Of a DNA stretch of 39,142 nucleotides, positions 1 through 5,800 are shown piece by piece (positions within the stretch are counted from its first letter, which is position 1; each line of letters begins with the position of its first letter). The translations under genes were made by a program, and so were the position numbers. The DNA lies in the IMG/VR virus record IMGVR_UViG_3300045988_157503, positions 1-39,142 of that record; one strand, given 5' to 3'. Source of the stretch: a virus. The notes beneath the pieces were generated by a model. It was given only the letters and a program-made list of their open reading frames with translations. It had not been told where the DNA came from and did no database searches.

Positions 1-96
1 AAGCAAGGTGTCACAATTTCTTGTAACCCTTGCTTTTTTCTATATTACATAATTTAAATTAAGCAATAATTTCAGATACAACACCTGAACCTACTG
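1..96. repeat. Terminal direct repeat, copy 1 (identical to 39047-39142)
   Basis: Read directly: aagcaaggtgtcacaatttcttgtaaccc...cctgaacctactg occurs at both window ends. nt 1-40 carry the same hairpin plus T-run that terminates the integrase gene at 39047-39086. Confidence 0.95.
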
Positions 97-196
97 TACT
101 AAAAGTATGTAATTTGATTGTTCTTAAAGTTTATAAAAGTATTGATAATTAAGTATTTTGTTTTCATGTTTTTTATAAAGTTTTATAATTATTCAA

Positions 197-224
197 AACT
201 CAGTCGGGAAAAAGTCGGGAAAAT
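197..224 (+). repeat. 28-nt direct repeat, copy B (AACTcAGTCGGGAAAAAGTCGGGAAAAT); candidate integrase arm-type site
   Basis: Matches 39002-39029 with one mismatch (c201 vs g39006). Internally it is a tandem GTCGGGAAAA(A/T) with an 11-nt period. CG-rich words are rare in this AT-rich genome. Confidence 0.5.
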
Positions 225-243
225 CGCTGTAAAAAACTTACAT

Positions 244-381
244 TTATTTTTTATCAAGCAATCCTAATAAATAAATTCTAGAAAATACCTCAATATTATC
301 TAAAATCATTTTTGTTTCTTCCTCACTAAATAATTTTTCATTTAATTTTACTCTGTTTTTTACTATTTCTATTATTTCCAT
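244..381 (-). CDS. Hypothetical 45-aa protein (below the ORF-track cutoff)
   Basis: ATG at 381 is preceded by AAAAGGAGAAAAAT, with TAA at 246-244. Translation is MEIIEIVKNRVKLNEKLFSEEETKMILDNIEVFSRIYLLGLLDKK. A near-consensus promoter lies upstream. Confidence 0.5.
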   Translation of the reverse strand: MEIIEIVKNRVKLNEKLFSEEETKMILDNIEVFSRIYLLGLLDKK

Positions 382-429
382 ATTTTTCTCCTTTTACAGA
401 GAAACGCGTTTCTTTTTTTATTTGATTAA

Positions 430-457
430 ATTATATAATATATTTTAGTATTGTCAA
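430..457 (-). promoter_or_regulatory. Sigma-A-type promoter driving the 45-aa ORF
   Basis: Minus strand: TTGACA (457-452), 16-nt spacer, TATAAT (435-430). Confidence 0.55.
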
Positions 458-466
458 CAAAAATCG

Positions 467-513
467 TTCGACAAAACTTAGACATTTCAGCATTTTTAGC
501 AAATTCGACAAAT
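467..513. promoter_or_regulatory. Two TTCGACAAA boxes (467-475, 504-512); candidate regulator-binding sites
   Basis: The exact 9-mer occurs twice, 37 nt apart. The 13-mer AAATTCGACAAAT (501-513) recurs at 24617-24629. A related tandem is at 1174-1193. Confidence 0.4.
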
Positions 514-547
514 AAGAATTGAGTGTTTTCAATGCTTTTGTGTTTTC

Positions 548-572
548 AATATGGAACTGGGAGTTCCATATT
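548..572 (+). terminator. Stem-loop plus T-tract in the leader of the XRE-Spo0E-like gene (terminator/attenuator-like, or a palindromic operator)
   Basis: AATATGGAACT-GGG-AGTTCCATATT gives an 11-bp perfect stem followed by TTCTTTTAT. It is preceded by the direct repeat GTGTTTTCAAT at 523-533 and 540-550. Confidence 0.4.
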
Positions 573-626
573 TTCTTTTATGAATAAACATATTAAAATA
601 CATACATACTAACTTTAGGAGTAATT

Positions 627-950
627 ATGTATATATTTGTGATAAAACCTTTGCGAGAAAAAAGAAATATAAGTTTATATAGTTTGAGTAAATTTACTGG
701 CATTTCTAGAACCTATCTAAGAAGTCTTGAGAATAATCAAGTATTTAACCCTACAATGCAAATTTTATATAAGATTGCTAATGCATTAAATGTTAGCATA
801 AAAGATTTGTTTTACTATGGAAATGATATCGAGAAGCTACGTGCAGAGATGCACAGCAGAATTGAAATTTTCGGACTAGATTCAAAAGAAGTTCTTGAAG
901 TTAGTCAAATTATAGATCTACTTATAAACGTCAAAATGAAAGAGAGCTAA
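627..950 (+). CDS. XRE-family HTH protein with a C-terminal Spo0E-like segment
   Basis: The N-terminus LREKRNISLYSLSKFTGISRTYLRSLENNQ..PTMQILYKIANALNVSIKDLF is a classic HTH_XRE. The C-terminus IEKLRAEMHSRIEIFGLDSKEVLEVSQIIDLLIN fits the Spo0E-family pattern (..LR....gL....vlevSQ.lD.LI). RBS is TAGGAG. Confidence 0.7.
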   Translation: MYIFVIKPLREKRNISLYSLSKFTGISRTYLRSLENNQVFNPTMQILYKIANALNVSIKDLFYYGNDIEKLRAEMHSRIEIFGLDSKEVLEVSQIIDLLINVKMKES

Positions 951-966
951 CTAAATATTAGCTCTC
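942..966. terminator. Bidirectional hairpin formed by the 3' ends of two convergent genes
   Basis: GAGAGCTA (942-949) pairs with TAGCTCTC (959-966) around a 9-nt loop. It spans both stop codons (948-950 and 951-953). Confidence 0.45.
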
Positions 967-1127
967 ACTTCTTTGCAGAGTTCGTTAAAACTTTTATTGC
1001 TTATATATCGTAAACTTTCAGCAGTTAGCACATTATTTTGTATGGCATACTTGTCCCATTCTTTTTTGCTTAATATCTTTGGTAATTCTCTCATCTTTCG
1101 TAGTGATTTTTGATACATCTTTTTCAT
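951..1127 (-). CDS. Hypothetical 58-aa protein
   Basis: ORF-track ORF 951..1160. The internal ATG at 1127 has RBS AAGGAGAG at 8-nt spacing. The upstream part of the ORF overlaps a TGgTATAAT promoter element. Product is MKKMYQKSLRKMRELPKILSKKEWDKYAIQNNVL... Confidence 0.5.
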   Translation of the reverse strand: MKKMYQKSLRKMRELPKILSKKEWDKYAIQNNVLTAESLRYISNKSFNELCKEVRANI

Positions 1128-1148
1128 CTTAATCACTCTCCTTAATTC

Positions 1149-1193
1149 ATTATACCACATTTAGCAAAATATTTGTGTCGAACTGTGTCGACC
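1149..1193 (-). promoter_or_regulatory. Extended -10 promoter (TGgTATAAT, 1157-1149) with a tandem 10-nt repeat at the -35 region
   Basis: Plus strand reads TGTGTCGAAC TGTGTCGACC (1174-1183, 1184-1193). The minus strand reads GGTCGACACA GTTCGACACA, which is related to the TTCGACAAA boxes. Confidence 0.4.
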
Positions 1194-1283
1194 AGAAAAT
1201 TGCGTAAAATCAAGGAAAAATCGACGTTCTAAAATCGATTTTAAGGCGTTTTTATTTTTGAGACAACAAGTTATATGGCTCAA

Positions 1284-1307
1284 AAAAAGACTATTGCTAG
1301 TCTTTTT
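1284..1307. terminator. Bidirectional rho-independent terminator closing the PanA-like operon
   Basis: AAAAAGACTA-TTGC-TAGTCTTTTT: an A-run, an 8-10 bp stem and a T-run. It lies 11 nt past the stop of the 135-aa gene. Confidence 0.7.
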
Positions 1308-1317
1308 CTTCTTATTA

Positions 1318-1725
1318 TTAATTTCCGTGATTGTATGCACTAAAATCCCAATCATATCCTATTATATATAATATAGAATTACATTCTTGTGAACGAACAC
1401 CTAATATTCTTGATTTTTGATTATTAAATCTAAAAACTATAATTTTACTATCCTCTGACAAACTCAATGGTCTTTTAATATTATCAAAACTAATATTAAA
1501 ATTGCTTATAGGTATCATTTCATATCCTGTTTCTTTTGGTTTGTTTTGTAAATCTAACCATGTTAGATTTGATATTTCTTCTAATCTCTCAAATAAATTC
1601 TGAATTGATTTATTACATTTTTCTTTTGATTTAGTAACTTTCTCCGTAGTATATTTTTTATTTTTTATTGAATATTTAAAAGATAATATTATATGATTAC
1701 CGTTGGCTGTACAACAATTATTCAT
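1318..1725 (-). CDS. Hypothetical 135-aa protein, putative toxin partner of the Panacea-domain protein
   Basis: The start codon overlaps the upstream stop (TAATG at 1727-1723), indicating translational coupling. The protein is soluble and Lys-rich. The C-terminus IIVFRFNNQKSRILGVRSQECNSILYIIGYDWDFSAYNHGN is only vaguely RelE-fold-like, and I cannot assign a family. Confidence 0.45.
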   Translation of the reverse strand: MNNCCTANGNHIILSFKYSIKNKKYTTEKVTKSKEKCNKSIQNLFERLEEISNLTWLDLQNKPKETGYEMIPISNFNISFDNIKRPLSLSEDSKIIVFRFNNQKSRILGVRSQECNSILYIIGYDWDFSAYNHGN

Positions 1726-2165
1726 TAAGCAATTTGAGTTTTAAAATAGTCTTTGATTTTTTGTTTTGGAATAACTGAATTTCTTGGAGTAGTTTGCCAC
1801 GGACTAGTCTCATGAGTCATATTTCTTAATTTCCATGCTGAATATTGTCCAAACTCATTATATACTTCTTCTAATATTCTTATTGTTTCTCCATCTATAT
1901 TTACTTTGAAATCTTCATCATATTTTATTCCACTTGAACCATTTGATTTGTATCTATCATATATTTTTCTAATTACAGGTCCATGCTCCCATGCTAAAAA
2001 CTCATCATCAAATAAAGGAGTGTCTTTCTTAGCTAAAACATATCCTTGAGCATAATATAATAATTTTTGTAATTTCAAGTTTGTAATATATTCTGAATCT
2101 TCAAAATTCATTTGTACTCTGTTTCTGTTTAAAAACCATTCTGCTATATCTTTTGCTTTATACAT
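1725..2165 (-). CDS. Panacea / DUF4065 (SocA/GepA-like) domain protein, putative PanA-type antitoxin
   Basis: DIAEWFLNR...ITNLKLQKLLYYAQGYVLAKKDTPLFDDEFLAWEHGPVIRKIYDRYK matches the DUF4065 signature (KLqKLlYyaqg...g.pLf...f.AW.hGPV...iY..yk). RBS is AAGGGGGAG. Confidence 0.75.
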   Translation of the reverse strand: MYKAKDIAEWFLNRNRVQMNFEDSEYITNLKLQKLLYYAQGYVLAKKDTPLFDDEFLAWEHGPVIRKIYDRYKSNGSSGIKYDEDFKVNIDGETIRILEEVYNEFGQYSAWKLRNMTHETSPWQTTPRNSVIPKQKIKDYFKTQIA

Positions 2166-2212
2166 GTTTACTCCCCCTTTTTACTATTATATACACTTCA
2201 AAGAAATATATT

Positions 2213-2280
2213 TATTGAATGTCACATACTTACTATTATGTGACATTCAATATTATATAATATAATAAAATTACTGTCAA
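2213..2280 (-). promoter_or_regulatory. Consensus promoter plus palindromic operator of the PanA-like operon
   Basis: Minus strand: TTGACA (2280-2275), 17 nt, TATAAT (2257-2252). This is followed immediately by a perfect 15-bp inverted repeat, TATTGAATGTCACAT (2213-2227) and ATGTGACATTCAATA (2238-2252), with a 10-nt spacer covering the predicted +1. Confidence 0.65.
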
Positions 2281-2290
2281 TGTTTAGGCA

Positions 2291-2316
2291 AAAAAATAAG
2301 CTAGGCAGTGCCTAGC
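2291..2316 (-). terminator. Rho-independent terminator (minus strand)
   Basis: GCTAGGC-AGT-GCCTAGC stem-loop (2300-2316) preceded on the plus strand by AAAAAATAA, which is a T-run on the minus strand. It shares the 17-nt AAAAAATAAGCTAGGCA with the terminator at 9353-9381. Confidence 0.55.
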
Positions 2317-2450
2317 AAGTAAATATATAAGTATTTTACTATTCTTACATTTATTGGCGCACAAAAACCCATAATTTTCCAAAAAGTTCTTGATAATATT
2401 ATATAAAGTATGTTATTATATAATATATAGCTTAAAAAGGAGATAATTGT

Positions 2451-2795
2451 ATGCTTAGTATTATAGAATTTGTATTTTCACTTATCGGAATTATTGGATA
2501 TTTTAATGATAATATTGTTTGTATGATAATAGGCTTAGTAGGAATAATTATTGGCGATTTTATAGATACGTTTATATTCGGTAATAACCCATTTACAATA
2601 CTCTTAGCAATAATTATAGCAATCGGTGCAACAATTGCCAACAAAAATCCATTATATAATTTTACAGTTTTGATGTGCGGAGAAAGTTTTCTAACATTTG
2701 GCGTTGGTCTATTGATAATTTTAATAAATTATTTAATTTCTCTTATTAAAAAAGAAAATATAAATAATAAAGAAGAGCCTAGACTAAATAAATAG
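2451..2795 (+). CDS. Small multi-pass membrane protein (114 aa), plus-strand accessory gene
   Basis: RBS is AAAGGAGA, 8 nt before the ATG. There are about four hydrophobic segments (IIEFVFSLIGIIGYF, MIIGLVGIIIGDFI, ILLAIIIAIGATI, FGVGLLIILINYLISL). No family recognised. Confidence 0.6.
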   Translation: MLSIIEFVFSLIGIIGYFNDNIVCMIIGLVGIIIGDFIDTFIFGNNPFTILLAIIIAIGATIANKNPLYNFTVLMCGESFLTFGVGLLIILINYLISLIKKENINNKEEPRLNK

Positions 2796-2801
2796 TCTAG
2801 G
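2778..2801. terminator. Bidirectional terminator between convergent genes
   Basis: CCTAGACTA-AATAAA-TAGTCTAGG (9-bp stem) followed by TTTCTTCTTTTTTT. It overlaps the TAG stop of 2451..2795. Confidence 0.65.
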
Positions 2802-2813
2802 TTTCTTCTTTTT

Positions 2814-5800
2814 TTAATAAGTATATGAATTATTTTTGTAAACAGTTACCCCTGCAAATTTACTCATAATTTCTAGTTTTTCTTTTACTGTCCTGTTTGG
2901 CATATTTCTTACATAATTTTCTACTATTTCTCTATCTGAAGAACTACTTGGTTTGTATTCTAATGCATATAAAATAAGTTTTTGAGTGTATGTAGCTCCT
3001 TTTATTGAGTCAATATAATCAAATACTTTGTCTTTCTTGCTTCCTGTTATCGACTTTCCATTAACTGTTCCATCGTCTTTCTTATCTGCTTTAAATTCTT
3101 GTGCTTTATATTGCAAGTACTTACTCATATTTAAGCCCGAGCCTGTAAAAGATTCTTTAACTATATCATATTTTGTATCCTTTTTTCCTAGTGAATTTTC
3201 ATATATTGCCTTTTTAGTTTTTTCATTGCATTTACTATTGGCAAGAACCTCTAATTTTTCTGAATCTTTGTCTAATCCTTGAGTGTTAGCTAAAAATTCA
3301 AAATAATTGCTAGTATTGCCACCGGCTTTTTTAATAGCATTTGTTACTTGTGATAATGTACTCTGTTCATTCTTCAAGCAATTTTGTCTAGCATAATCAA
3401 TTTTTATTTGTTCTGTACTATAACTATATACCTTTTCTATTGCTAATTGCTTTTGAGAATCGGACAATTTTTTATATCCATCAGAATTTATTAAATTCTT
3501 TAATAATTCATATGAAGTTTCTCCAAATTGTTTTTTATATTTAGCAAATTCTTTTGATGTCATAACATATTTCTTTTTATCTATTGTCAGATTCTTGTTT
3601 ATAGTATCAGGGAATACTGAACTTTCTCCAGTGTTCTCATACACCTTAGTAATCTCTTTGTCTACATTGTTTGAATTTAATTCTTTTCTTGCCCATGGGA
3701 ATACTGCATTTTCCAATGCTCTTAAAGCAATGTTATCTGATTGTTTCTGTTCTTGTCCCCATATATCAGTTTTTATTGGAAGTTTTTGTCTTAATCCAGG
3801 GATTTTATTCATTATTTGAGTTCTTGTTGTATCTATTGCTTTTGGTAATACACCTGTTTTTGTCGAAGTAGTATTTCTTTCATATTCATCAGTTGTTTTA
3901 GCAATTTGACCTAAAGCTGTTGGTATAAATTGATTTACGTATGATTTAATTGAATTTGTTCCTATACCAGCCAACATTTTTGAACTTCCTTGATTATAGC
4001 TTTTAAGTGCAGATGTCAAACCACTAAGCATAGACATTTCAGTCATTGGGTTCATTGCATTAGTAAATGAATCTAGAATATTCATTGATGCATTAATTAC
4101 TTTGTTATAGTATTCATCCTCATCACTAGAAGATGTTTTCTTTTCTTTTTGTGCTTTCATCAATTCATAACATTCTGCTCCTATAAATAATGGAATACCT
4201 GATGGAGCAAGCCAGTCTAATGAATATGTATTGTTTCCAATTGTTATTGCATAGTTTTGACTGCCTCTTCCTTCTTCAAATTTTTCCTTGTCTTCATCAT
4301 CGCTTCCAGTTGCCTTTAAGACTCCACAGTTTGCAAGAGCATATCCCACTAATGCTATTCCTGTTCCTGTTAATCCTTTAGAAATGTTGTCTATATATTT
4401 ATTAGCTGTAATATTACCTTTTCTTAACTGAGCTGTATCATATACTGCACTCTTTACTAGACCAACTGGACTATATTCTAGCCCAGCTTTTGCGACATTT
4501 ATAGGTGTCTTCTTGAATGGCAATGTAGCATCTAATACGAACTTTGAGAATTTATTCTTATTAGATAATTGATTTATCAATGAAGCTAATTGGCTGTCTT
4601 GATGAAATGTAGCTTCCTTTGCCTGTTCAATAGCAAAATTTCTTGCTTTTCCTAGCTGTTGGTCTGTTATAGTGTCTGGAGTTAATTTGTTTGCAGTCAT
4701 GTATTCTGATAGAGCTTTTACATAACCTGCTTTTAATCCCCAACCATCTTCTGCTTCTAGTGCTTTATTATTTAAGTCAAACGCTTTTCCAATTGTATTT
4801 TCCATTGCATCGCTTTTGAATGTACGCATATTATTTTCTAGTCTAGTTTTGGGATTATATTTATTTTCATTTAAGCCTAGTCTGTCAACAACATTTTCTA
4901 TATCTGCCTTAGCAAATGCTTTTACTTCTTTGCTAGCTGGAATTACGGTATGATTTCTTTCCATGTATGGATTTATTTTGCTTACCGCACTTTCTATTCC
5001 TCCTGCAACTTTATTCTTTATTCCTTGTACTCCCCCCATTGCTGTATTTCCTACAATGTTTCTTATATGGGTTCTAGGATTAGCCAACATTGAGAAATAT
5101 CTCCAGGCATCAATTTTTTGTGCCGTTGTTTTTGTTACTTGTTGTCCTAACTCTTTATATACTTCATTTAAGTTTTGTTCTAGTACTTTAGCGTTATCAG
5201 AGTTAGTAATTTTGTTTAACATTTCTGGTGTCAATTTAAATTGTTCCGCATCTTCTCCTCTTGTTCTTTTTAAGTCTTTGTTCATTTTGTCTACTGACCT
5301 TTGCAACCACACTACTTGACCTTCTGGAGTTTGATGATTTAACAAAGACATTGCTTGTACTGTTTGACCAGCTGTTGTTCCTGCCATTGCTGTTGCTTGA
5401 ATGGCGTCCTGCAATTTTGTTTTATTACCAGTTTTGGAATAATATTGTATTAACCTTTCTCCTATTGCTATATCTTCAGCTTTTATAGTACCTCCAGTAG
5501 TTGCTCTTGATAGTAAAGACGCTAATTCGCTATCAGCTCCAGTTGTTGATATTCTGTCATCAGCTAATTCTAATTGTTTTGAGTTGGATTCTGGAACATA
5601 AGTATCAGTTCCCATTAAACTTTTAGCAATTGCCTTTGCTTCATCAGTTGTATAGTTACTTTTTATTATTGACTCATAATGCTTTCTTCTTTTTTCGCCC
5701 TCTTTCTTCTGTTTAGTCCACTCGCCAGTTTCTAATTCATTAGAGGTATCTTGTGTTTTTGAACTTTCATTCATATTAAAAGAAGTAGAATTATCTACTC

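Noticed and set aside
1161-1355. 64-aa minus-strand ORF between the PanA-like operon and the 58-aa ORF
   Set aside because: It spans the bidirectional terminator and a promoter/repeat region, has no RBS, and overlaps the 3' end of the 135-aa gene.
2432-2644. 70-aa minus-strand ORF antisense to the 114-aa membrane gene
   Set aside because: It is a mirror ORF of a hydrophobic gene. The plus-strand gene has the RBS (AAAGGAGA) and the terminator.
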